This document shows, piece by piece, positions 52,352 to 64,000 of a stretch of DNA of 64,000 nt (positions are counted from its first letter, which is position 1; the number at the start of each line of letters is the position of its first letter). The translations under genes were made by a program, and so were the position numbers. The stretch lies in assembly GCA_976551045.1 (NCBI GenBank), contig CDPCPM010000076.1:6386001-6450000 (forward strand), written 5' to 3'. Below the pieces are notes generated by a model. It was not told the origin of the DNA. It saw nothing but the letters and a program-made list of their open reading frames with translations, and did no database searches. The DNA is from Glaucostegus cemiculus (taxonomy: Eukaryota).

Positions 52352-54622
52352 GTCTTAACAACTGAGGATACCTCAGATGCAAAGTTCTGAGGATAGTGGT
52401 AGAAATGAGATGCATGTAGTGTTTATAAAGCTGAATTCCAGCAGGCAACATCTTTGAGGCAAATGTCGCTGCATATTTTTTTAATCATGCTTCCCTCAGT
52501 AGATCGGGTAAGGGGTGGGAAGGAAATTGAGTCAGGCAGCTTATAAAGCAAAATTGTTCTTGTGAGTATTTGTTTTAACTCCCTGCACAATTTATGGATT
52601 AAATTGCTTATAATGAAGCTAGAATTTATTGGAGGGAAATCTCTGCTGCCTCAAATTTGGAGTTCACCCTTGTTTGGTACATTTAAATAGGAACTTCTGT
52701 AGCACCAAGGTTCACTAGGGGGGATCTGTGAAAACCCAGTGGGGGTGGGGGGAAGGATAATTTAGATAGTTTTCTCCCTATATCATCTCATGTAACTTTA
52801 TTTGCATGTTTCCTGACTGTAATTGCCCACAGAGCTTGCAGTTGCCAGGCTGTTGTTGCACTGACTACTGGGAAGGTTGCTGAGGAGGGGGGAGTACAGC
52901 CTTCTCCTAAGTAGCTGGGCACCCCTTGTAATGGTCTGGTCTGATTGGCCCACCCGTCCTCCCCACGCCATGGGTGGCTCCAAGCCCCTGTGAATCACAA
53001 GCCAATTAAGGAGCAGCATTGTGCACTGAGGTGCATGATGAAGAGATGCTGCGATCATCATCAGAGATGCCTGTGGACAAAAGTGGAGTACAATAATAAA
53101 AGTCTGGCAGAGACCAAGGACAAACTATTAGTGTCCCTCTGAGGCACCCTCAAATTCATCTCAATGTAACTTACTGTAAGGTTTTCTCCTAATATTTTCT
53201 TTCTCAATCCTTTCTGAATTTCAAATTGATGTACATGACATAAATAATTATTTCTCCTATTTTTCTGAGTGGAAAATGCAAGTCACACTGTTGACCATTT
53301 GTTTATGTCTCTGAGTGTGGAAACAGTCATTGTGCATTGGATGGTATTACTTGATGTGTGTATGATGCCAAGCAAACATCAGATGTTCCAAGGTGGGTCA
53401 TGCCAAGAAGTGTCTGGGCCAATTTCCTGATGGTTGCCAATCAACTTGGAAATGAGCACTAGTGTTTTTTGAATGTGCACACAATAGCACGCTTTAAAAA
53501 AAAAAGTGCAAATAGATCCAATTTCTGGGCATGTGTGTTTAAACTCTTCTTGATTCTCCTGCACCCAGATTACCTTGTGTACTTTCATCCTGTTCCCATT
53601 TCAGATGGCAGTCAGATGCCAGGCTTCCAATCTTGGGTCTTGCCTTTTTGAAGAGGAGGCAATTGGAGGCAGAGTTTCCACTCTGTCATCTCTCTGCCTG
53701 ATCCATTCAATGCAGTTGATCTTTATTTGGTTGTGTATTCCTACGATCATCAGACTTTCGCTACTTAAGGGTATTCCTGACCTTGTAGCATCCACAAACT
53801 CAAATTGTCGGTGCTGCTTACCAGGCAATGATCAGCTAACTTTCCCCCATCTATTCCAGAAGCACTACCACCAATTGTGACTGAGATGTGGGCTTTGAGC
53901 CTGTGATCTCCATGCTTTGATATAGCTGATGCTTAAGTTAACCTTTTTAAGAAGAATGTGATCACGTTCCAAATTAACCAGTTTTGGTTTGAGATGACAC
54001 CTTGAGAGAAACTTGATTCTCAGTGACTAATGTGTACATAATGCATTTGGTGCTGGCTGAAGTCGTACAAGTTGCAACTCCCACTGGACTTATCACTGTA
54101 CTGATTTCCTTCATGTCTAGTTTACATTTTATTGCAACTGGAAGCTGTTGCCTCGGCAACCCAGCCACTGCTTATTTCTATTTCCAGCTTCCAAAGGCAC
54201 AGACTTCAGGAAATCATTACAAAGGCAAGTACTTTCTAAGGTACTTCCCATTTGAAGACATGCAAGAAGGAGAATTGGGTCAAGACATCACGGGGTTTGG
54301 GGTGGGAGGGTGCTGGAGATTTTTCTGCCTATGTGAAGCTGCTGGGTATCCATCTCTCCGTAGTTCCTCCAATGCTCCCCTGAGCTATCTCCAAGTCCAA
54401 CAAGACGTAAGGTAATTCATGATAGATAATCTATTGATTGATGAAAATTTAAATAAAACATGAGATGCGAAAGCAGGCACCACATCCATCTTGTCCTGCA
54501 TGTCATGAGCTTACTTACTGAATGAAACAACATCAGCATGTTTCCTTGCATTTGGTGAGTTCATTAAATGCTCTCTTTGATTTTTGGCTACTTAATGCAT
54601 TTTAATTTTGCCTTTCAACTAG

Positions 54623-54787
<165 letters not shown>

Positions 54788-55439
54788 TAATCTCTCTTGT
54801 GTAAAAGCCCTCAGAATGACCTCAAATGCGATCAAGTGAGATTTTGAATGCACAGCTTTTAAATGTCTATCGAACCTTAAGATTGAAAACCAGTCTTGAA
54901 ATTCATTGCCAAGTATTGTTTGCATGTAATTTTTGTACTGAATTTGTTGTTTAAACTATAAGTTTTTTGACTGTAATCTGTGGAATGCAGTTTTATTTTC
55001 TGTTTAGTGACTGAACAGTTGTTGTGGAAAGGCAGTGTGGTGCAGGAAAAAACACCAACTTTAAACCTAACACCTGAGAATGCGTAATAGTCTGCAAAAC
55101 AATGCTCAGCACATTGGGATAGAAATCCATCCTCTGTCACATATGCTACATGCAATGTAGTTGTATATGGATGTTATACTCTGCTTCAAATTCAGACCTG
55201 TTAACTTTAATGTAACTGAATTTCAGAAGCTGGGGGGGGAGAGCATACACTTCTAATGCAAGCAACTGAGGAGAAATTTCTATCCCATTAATGGGTTTTC
55301 TCTGGAAAAGAAGCAAATAATAAATTATGAGCATGTATTTAAAATTTTAGATGTCCCAGTCAATTACTCCCAATATTACACACACAAATGCCAAAACCAA
55401 GGCATTTTTTTAAATATAAGCAAGGCAAGTAAGTGGTAG

Positions 55440-55890
55440 TGAATTGGACTGAGGAAGAAATGAGGTAGATGGGAGGGGAAAGGAGGTGAGGTCAAGTGAG
55501 GAAGGTGGGCATTTAGGATAAAGTGATGGGGAGGGGGTGAAGGAATTGCTGACTCAGGAGAGCAAGGCAGGGTGAGAATAGGAAAAGGATTATGGACTGG
55601 GATAAGAGACTAGAGAAATGGATGGTGATTTGGGAGGGGATTGGGAAAGGGGGGAGAACAGAGCAGGAAAGGAGATGTAGAATGTACTGAGAGTGGGTGG
55701 AGTAGAAGCATTAGACAAGAGGAAGAATCGGGGAGGGAGAGTAAAAGAGGGCAAAGGAGAAAAGATGAAATGTGACTGTGCGAGTTTGGAGGATTGGGGA
55801 AAGGATGGAAAGAATGAGGAAATGTGAGGGGTGGAAAAAAGCTGGAGAGAGGAGAAGGGAAGTAAAAGAAGGTGGGAAGATAAGGGGCAA
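55440..55890 (+). repeat. Purine-rich (G/A) low-complexity tract
   Basis: About 450 nt strongly skewed to G and A on the + strand. Confidence 0.7.
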
Positions 55891-58800
55891 ACAAAGCTTT
55901 TTTAAATAGAGTTTTACAGTTAGTAGAGATGTGAAGATGGTTGGAACTTTCTATGGATTTCAAACAACTGAGAAGGGTTCTTTCAGGAAACTTGCATCTT
56001 GGCTCATTCTGTGGGCTGGTGTGCAACTTCTACTGCCACATTCATTCAGACTCTGTGCTGGTTGCAGTAGAGAACGTGTTAACTGAAAGACAGTTTCTGC
56101 AAGTCCTAATGATGGCTTTGTGAGTGTGAAGGGAACTTGCTATATTGCCAGCAGTCCTAACCAAGAACCTAGCAAGCAGTTCTCATGAAAAGGTTATGCT
56201 CACGTGTGCTCTACTGTTTGGATTATTTCAGCTACATGCCATTTATTAACATGTTATTGAGGTAAATATGTTGCTCAAAATATTGAGCTTCCATCACAAT
56301 ATGAATACATTCAGTGCAGTAGAAGTGGTGTGTTGGAGTAAGTTAGAAATAAACATAAGAAATAATTGAGTGTCAGATTTTCTTGGGAAAATTCTGTTTT
56401 TGCTCATCTGGGAGTCAGTCAATGGACTGAAAAATGTTTCAACTTTAGAGACTGAAGAAGAATTTCTTTGGACTTAAGTGTAACAGACTACTAATGTTTA
56501 TGAGCAGAATTTGCAGTTTTTTCTAAGCCAATCAAAAATCTCCCTAACACCACCTCCCATCACACCCCACTGCCCCCGTCCCAATACTGCCACTATAATA
56601 CTCATTATTGATGCTGTATTCCTGAATCGTGCCAAAAAGAGTAGCCATTGGCCAACCTCCTAAGAACTTAGTAGTGTCGTTAGAGTCAGTTATAGTAACG
56701 GCTACATTTTCACCCAAATCAGCACTGCCTCTTTAACTGAAAGGCATTTATTTTTCTGAGCCTGCACTCATTATAAACTGGATAAAGACCATCTAGAGGT
56801 CCCTCATGGGTGGCAGAGTGAGGCTTCCATCCCTGGACAGACTTTAATTCAGGTGTGTAAACTCACTGCCTTAATTTTTGAATAACTTTAGATCTGAAGT
56901 TCCAGTATTGGTTGATTTTAAAGGAGTAGATGTGAATGTAAAACAATATTCTGCTACTTCATTCTTGCAATTGCATTTCTGCTAAAGTTAGTGAAAACAA
57001 AGATTTCAGCCGCTGTTATTCTGTAATTGTTATTGTTTTTTTTTCTCTCTGTCCTTTTGCTGCGATGGTGAGATTTACATTCTGCTCCCAGGCTTCCCTC
57101 TGTGCCACTCTTGTACCAACCAGTAAGAGGTATTTAAGAGTGCTACAATCACTTCACTTCTTCTGCTTGTTTCTTCCCTCCCCTTTCCCTTTTGAGGTTC
57201 CACTTTGCAGAAGGAATTAGAGGAATCCAGAAAAGTAGGGGGATAGCACCTTCATCCCCTGAGTAGCATCAAGTGTTGGTGTTCCAAAATGCTACACTGC
57301 CGTGCCACCTGACAGTAGAAGTTTGGATCATTGAGGGCCTGCAGCTTTTGCACTTCAAATCATAGACTCTAAGGGTGATGATGATGACTTTGGCCAGTAA
57401 CAGGAATTATTGCATCAGCTGCCTGTTCACAGATCTCTCCTGATTTTTTCCTTTGCATTGACTTCCATGGAGTTGAAGAAAGATCCAATGGGTGGCTGAT
57501 TTCATATTGTCCAAAGTCATCATGACCCACTCTGTTTCTAAATGGCATCTTGAGCCCATCATTGTTCATTTGTACCTTCTGTGTAGGTATCATTATTTCA
57601 TCAACTTGCAGACAGCCTTCTTACTGCGCCTACATGCTTTCATTTTGTCAATGCACGGTTATAAAATGACCCACATGTCAATGTAATGTGGTGGGAGGAG
57701 CACATTAAGTCAAGAAATTGTACAGTATGCTTTACTGAGAATTTCAATGAATATAAATATTACATACGGGGCAACAATGGCTAGTTCTAATGCCTGGAGT
57801 AAGAATAATGGCAGTTGTATTCAGGATAGTAGCTAGAAGTAAATTGCCTTGAGTAAGGTCATTGTGTTCCATTACAAAGGTAGAAATTGTTCAGTCTGTC
57901 ACTAATTTCTGTGCATGCAATTTTATCTTTCAGTGAATGAATACAGTGAACTAATAAGAATTGTATGAGTGTTTACATGGGGGCGAAAAACCTATACAAA
58001 TTAAAGCTGGCTGCATAGTATTACCAAATTCAAGTGTAACCTGTTATTTAGAGTTTTTTTGGAATTTTTATTAAAATGTTTACGTTTGAACTTTTTTGTT
58101 GGAAAGTGGATGTTTTGAGGGAAAGGAGGAAATATGGCATAAGTAAACATGTAATCAAGGTGACAGCTCAGAGGTGTTTGGTCTGTAGCACTGTATGATG
58201 TGTATGGTGTTTGGAATTTTTTTAAGAAGGCTAGATTACCAAATGTGTATACACGTTGAAGGCATTTTAGTGTCAGACATCACCATTGATTTATTTTTCA
58301 ACTATTTAAAGGCAATAACCTTGCAGAGAAGTGATGGGAAAATCTCTTGGAGGCAAAAGACATGTTGCATTTTCACCACAATGATGCCACTTACTGGGGG
58401 ACATTGTGGCAATTTTGATATGATTTGCATTATTTGTGTCACTTGCTTGCAAAGAAAAACTGTTGCTAAATGCATCTTGATGAAGGTGGTATCACTTTAA
58501 GAGATATTGCTATAGGTTATAGCTGTTCTATTTAAACTGATGGATTCAACGTAAATTACAAATTTTAGAGGTAGCTCTTTGATTAAAGCCAAATTCCCAG
58601 TCCCTTTCCCATGTTCCCACTCCTGCAAACTGTATTCCTTTCAGTCATTTTATGTCTTTATTGAAATAAGTAGTCAATAAAGTATTTATATCAAGCATAT
58701 ACATATGAGACTTTCTGTAATTTCTCATTTCAATCACTTTTCATTTAAAAGCTGTTTGAATTTTATTGCAGCAGTCTATTCTCTGATGGTCCCCCTTCTA

Positions 58801-60561
58801 AAGCAGTACAAGTGCACAGAGATAACTGGTTGGTTGCCTGATTTTTGAATCTATGACATTGACTTAAAATGGACAAGTAGATAGTTGGGAGACAGGATAT
58901 GAAACTGAGGGGGGGAGGGAAAAGGCAGAAGGGAATCCCTAGGGATGAGTGCCAAATTGACAGTCCTAATGCTGACTGATCCAAACATGAACTCTGCAAA
59001 GTTAATTTGGAAACACAAAATGAACTTTTTGAAAAAAATATTAACTGAATTTGGATTCATTCAGATAGCTCCAAAGAACTTTATTCATGTCTATAGAAAG
59101 ACACAAGATCTCGACATATGTGGGATCAGATTTTGCACCCTGCCAGAAAGTTCTATGCACAGATAATTTGTAATGGGTCTGCTCAGCATATCCATGATTT
59201 GCATCCCGCTAACATTTTGTTTTAGGCATGCCGAAACCATAAAGATCAATGTGTACACAAAATGTTTTTAAACTTTGTGGCATCGGAACGGATGCCTCTG
59301 ATCTGTTGCAGGTGCAGGTAGGGGGAGGCTGCATGTGCACGTGTTTTGGTTGACAACCATGAGCATAGAATTCCCTTGCAGATTGGGGAAAGGGCCATGT
59401 CCATCGGATTCCCTTGCAGTCTTTATTTAGGCGGGGAGCTGTATGGATCAAATTGTTGGATTCCAATGTGATCTTTGGAGGGAGTATGGATTCCCGGGTA
59501 ATCACCCACATTGTATTTGCTGATCTCTGCTGCTGTGTTTGAGGATATCATAGTACAGTTGATCCTTCCTTGCTGGATAACTTGTTCACATTTCAAATAT
59601 GCAAATACAAAGTTCAGATGTATATGATTAATCATCTTCAGGAGTTCTTATACCATTTAAGATTTCAATTTTGACACAATTGAAGAAATTACCATTTTTG
59701 AGGAACTGAACATATTCAAATTTGAAACCTCCAATGTGCAATGGAAACCAAATTGTATTTTGTGTTTGTCATTTAGTTTCCCTGAAAGGAAACTTAAAAG
59801 ATGTACTGATCTATTAAAATTCTAGACAAGTAAGCAACTTTTCCTTTTTCTTGAGACAAAAGCTGAATGATTAGCTTTCACATGGAAGCTTTTGCAATTT
59901 TGGTGGGGAAATTGGGTGCTTTTACAGCAATTCTGAACCCAATCAATTCTACATATGACTGGTGGCAGATGAATGGTGATGGTTAATGTGGCAGCATTCC
60001 ACCTGTCCTGCTGAGAGTGCACACTGCTCTGTCCAATCTCTCATTAGTTGTTCCTCTCCCCAGACTCTGCTTCCTGGTGTTAATAACCCAGGAAGAACTT
60101 GTTTTGTAGCTGAAAATGCTTGATTGTAAATGCAAATTTTCCATCTTTCAAGCTGTGTTGCCCGAGTTTAGTACCTGTTTGAAAATTGCTAAAGATTTTT
60201 GTTAAAAGCACAGGGAAGGGTCTCAGAAAGGTCCACCAGGGGGTCTGTTTGCCAAGCTGCCCAGTTTGTACCTTTCGAAGCTCGGTCAAATTACCCATCG
60301 GTCATTTTGTTCATTCATTTTCTTACGAGTCTGAGATGTAAAAGAGCAGTTTGCATCTTGCCTAACAAAAATCTACCAATCTCAGTTTTGAAATTTTCAC
60401 TTGATCCATTTGTCAACAGCTTTTTAGGAAGGAGCTTTCCTAATTTCTGCTTTTGTACAAGTGTTTGTTGACATCATGTTTGAGTGTTCTAGTGCTAAAA
60501 CTATGTTCCATGTCCAAGATTTGCCCATCAGAGGAAATCCTGTTTCTCCATCTAATCTTTA

Positions 60562-60672
60562 ATAGGGGGCTATGTGGGAGGGAAGGGTTTGATAGACTTT
60601 AGAGCAGGATAAAATGTCGGCACAACATTGTGTGCCGAAGGGCCTGTACTGTGCCCTAATGTTCTATGTTCT
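60562..60672 (+). mobile_element. Very short LINE 3' end
   Basis: gtcggcacaacattgtgtgccgaagggcctgtactgtg stem-loop with a tgttctatgttct tail. Confidence 0.8.
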
Positions 60673-62161
60673 TTCAAATACTCTAACAGATAGGAACATT
60701 GCTAGAGATTATTCAATAAACCTAATGTTAATCTAATAAAATTTGACATTGAGCAACACAAAGTATGGGACAAAAGGGTCAAAGAGATTTTGAAGACCAG
60801 CAGGAAGTCGGGAAGGTAATCCCAGAACCTAGTTCCTGAGCAGCTATCAGTGCCACTACCTGTAGTTCAGACTTAAAGTCAAAGACTTGGTGAATTAATC
60901 AGTCTCAACAGGAATAATTATGAGAGCAATACAATTTGTCTCCATGTCCTCAATGGGAGAATAAAGAAAATGAGCCTGGTTTAATTCTGCTAATTATGAA
61001 CCAACTACCCATCCTGGAAGGTGAATGATGAGGGCATTTGGGTAAAGGAGTAGAATACATTGAGCTGGGAAGATCCTTGTCGTAAAAGGGTGGTTTCACT
61101 CATTGCCAAGGATCCCACATCAAGACTAGCACTTGAATATGGGACTTGGAGGGCTGATGAAACAAGTGAAACTGTCAGTAATTACTTCAGTAAGGAGAAT
61201 TAAGGTTTGGGAGTGGGAAAAAAAAAGGAAGAGCATCTCATTAGAATTTACATACAGACCAGGTGAGAGCTTCATGAGAAGCACTTATAATTTTCAGCAA
61301 CTAATAAGTTATTTACTGTGAGAATAACTAACCATCAGCCCTTCCTGGCTTATTTTTTAGTTTTGTTTTTGTTTTGAAACTCTTCTTGACACTGAAACCA
61401 AAATCTAAACCATGTGATTTAATGGAGTCTCGTGACCCTGAGGCAGTATTAAGCAGACTCTTCCAAATCAAAGTAATGCATGCTGTATGTTTGGAGTAAA
61501 TTAACTTTTAAACAATAGTCTAAAAGTTAGTTTACTGAAGCTTAGAGCCAGCACTAATTTCTTTCACCTCAGTTAGTAAGGTACATGGCATACACTGAAG
61601 TACCAGAAATATCACAGTACAGTGTGTGTTGTCACAACAAAATAACCACAGTAGTTTGATGAAGTCACATAAAGTGAGTGATGTGAGAGCAAATTTCCAA
61701 GCAACCTCACTGATAAGAGATTGATAAGGGGAGGAAAGTCAAACTCCAGAGCTGAACAGTCTTGTAATTTTTTTTTACCTCCGTATCAAAAGTGCTTCAA
61801 GCTTATGCTTGATAATAGTGGCTTTTGTTTGTGAATACTGATTATACAGTGAGTTCACATCTCATAGGATAAATAAACCAAGACAGAAGGGGATTTTGAG
61901 ATATGCAAAACATTGTAAAATTCTGTGTTACAAAGGAGGGCCATTGAAAGCAGTGAGATGTGTTCCTGCAGCAAGGCAAGATTTAGGACTACAGTGAGAT
62001 CAACTAAAAAGAGATGGACTTGGGCCAATGTGATTTTGAAAATCGGATCAATCATCAAAGATAATGAAGTATTTGTAGAATATGCTGTGCGGCTTGAAAA
62101 AAAGAGTGACAATAATTCTTGTATGAATCTACATATGCAATATATTTTTTAACCTTTACAG

Positions 62162-62199
62162 ATAAACCAGCTGATGGATACATAGCAGGAAATGCTCTG
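62162..62199 (+). CDS. PAK3: PAK3 coding exon 4 (38-nt exon)
   Basis: Acceptor cctttacAG (62160-61). G+AT gives Asp, then KPADGYIAGNAL (human PAK3 recalled as DKSAHGYIAAHPS). Donor CTG|GTGAGT; the phase matches the preceding exon. Confidence 0.9.
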
Positions 62200-63887
62200 G
62201 TGAGTATGAAACCAAGCAAAAGGCTGATTGACTAACTTGTATCTGTCCTCTCAAATAACATGTGGAAGTTGGTGAATTCCAAATTAATTATTCTGTTTAT
62301 GGAACTCTTGAGTTTTGCAGATAATCATTTCTAGCAGATAAGTGTATCTTCTACTCTGTTATTTGGTTTCTTCCTCCTTCCCATCCTCTTCCATCCTCAT
62401 CAGTTGCTTGTTCTCTCCTGAAAGCCCTCACTCCTGATCCTTTGGTCACCTGTGGCTCTATGGAAACTATCTCAGAGGTCATTCTTTGTGTGTGAATCTA
62501 GACAATGAGTACTAACATCTTTAGCAGTTGTACGTAATGAAGGAAAAAGTGAGATTACAGATCTTGTTAAAACCATTGGGTTCTAGCAAAGTATTGTTCT
62601 CATTTAAACAAGGCAATAATGGTGCAAGTCTCCAAGTGTAATGGTCTCAAGGGTTAAAATTGTCTCAAAGTGTGTCTTGGAGTAAGGTCTCAGTCAAAAA
62701 TTTATTGACACCATCAGTTTTGTTCAGAAAAGTCCTAGGATGTCCAAATGAGAAATGGAACTCTTGAATAGGAGCAACAGGGGCTACTGATTTAGTTGGG
62801 ATTAGGAGGAAAAGAGATGGATTCTACATGAAACTCACTAACAATCTAGCCAAAATACTCCATTTTAATACTAACTGAGGTGAATTGAAAAAGGTTCCAT
62901 TCTCAACAAGTGATATTGCTTATCTATTGGAGATTTATTTGCTCTAAGTGCAGTAAAATTCTGAGTAGATAACCAGGAATTTCCTCTGGTTTTTATGCAC
63001 AGCAATATTAGCTTCCAATGGGGATGAGTATGAGGCTGATCAATGTTTAGTTTATTTTAACATGAAGGGACTCATTTCAATATGTCAGCCCCAACTCCCA
63101 CTTGAATTTCATATCAAAATGACAATGACACAAAGATGCTGGAAAAGTGAAATAAATCCAGCAAATGCGGGAAGAGCTTGGCAGCTCAAGCAGTGTGAGA
63201 AACAATTAAAGTTTCAGATAAATAGCCCTTCATTGGTTCCAGGGCATTGTTGCTGCCAGACTTGGCTGTTTTTATTCCTGATGTCGGCCTGGCAAAGGGA
63301 TGTCAGGAGAGTGAAGCAGATGGTCCTGGCCAAGGACGCAGAAGATGTGATTGTCAGGAGACGTGTTCACTGGTAGAAATGGGGTTTGGGTGAACAGACA
63401 ATGATAGGCGAACGTGGCTGGGTAAGGGAAGGCCTGAGACATAGGTTCTCTTTTGGAGCATAGAGGAATGAATCAGTTAAAGCAGCACATGCACAAGGCC
63501 AGTATGAATCATCATCATATGTGAAATTGTGGTAGGCACTGGGGCTTAAAATTAGGGTAATTCTTTTTGAACTCTCCTTGCCATAGGAATCAAAATACAT
63601 ATTTAGGGAGCTAAGGAAAAAGCAATTTGATCCTTTTCAAGTCAAGTGGAGTACTGCAAATATGTGCAAGAGTCACTCACTGCTGGGTGATGATCACCAT
63701 GGGAACAGTTAATCTTTGCTTTTTAATTATAACTCTGTTTCTCTTCCAACTAATGTGCCTTTTAATTCAAAATTCGGAGTCTGCCCAAGGAGCACAGATC
63801 CTTTGTGTCTTTGTTCTCCTGCTTTTTCCCCATTTGATCTGACTTTTCTTTCCCCCCATTAAAATTTCTGGAGTCAGTTGTGGATTT

Positions 63888-64000
63888 AAAAAAAAACAAA
63901 ACACACTGCAGATGCTGGAAATCTAAAATAAAAACGGAAAATGCTGGAAATGCTCAGCAGGTCAGACCATGCCTGTGGGAAGAAGAGTTGACATTTCGGG
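63888..64000. mobile_element. Penelope-derived terminal repeat, cut by the window end
   Basis: actgcagatgctggaaatctaaaataaaaacggaaaatgctggaaatgctcagcaggtcag...gttgacatttcggg. Confidence 0.75.

Noticed and set aside
57092-57122. 31-nt candidate exon (ctcccAG ... CCA|GTAAGA)
   Set aside because: It would shift the frame and has no other support.

Overview
This is eukaryotic, CpG-depleted vertebrate genomic DNA, not a prokaryotic locus. The repeat content (HE1/V-SINE-like SINEs, CR1 and L2 LINEs, Penelope-like terminal repeats, Deu-SINE-like copies) points to a cartilaginous fish, probably a ray; this is inference. The window holds the 5' part of the p21-activated kinase 3 gene (PAK3) on the + strand. 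Four GT-AG coding exons (41855-42029, 45662-45762, 54623-54776, 62162-62199) splice in frame to 156 aa: the Nck-binding PxxP, the CRIB/autoinhibitory domain and the KYMSFT autophosphorylation motif. The kinase exons lie beyond the window. A candidate promoter and non-coding first exon sits at about 4.05-4.46 kb. Almost every other ORF in the track is spurious or a transposon remnant. I found no well-supported wholly new system. The best leads are: (i) a ~187-bp, ~91% identical inverted repeat that I cannot match to a transposon, enclosing nested inverted SINEs (34.5-36.8 kb); (ii) an open, frame-preserving 219-nt candidate cassette exon at the junction where mammalian PAK3 b/c inserts occur; (iii) hammerhead-like motifs in Penelope-derived repeats; (iv) a fossil Harbinger transposon. 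Family names come from recalled consensus motifs, not database searches, and repeat boundaries are approximate.
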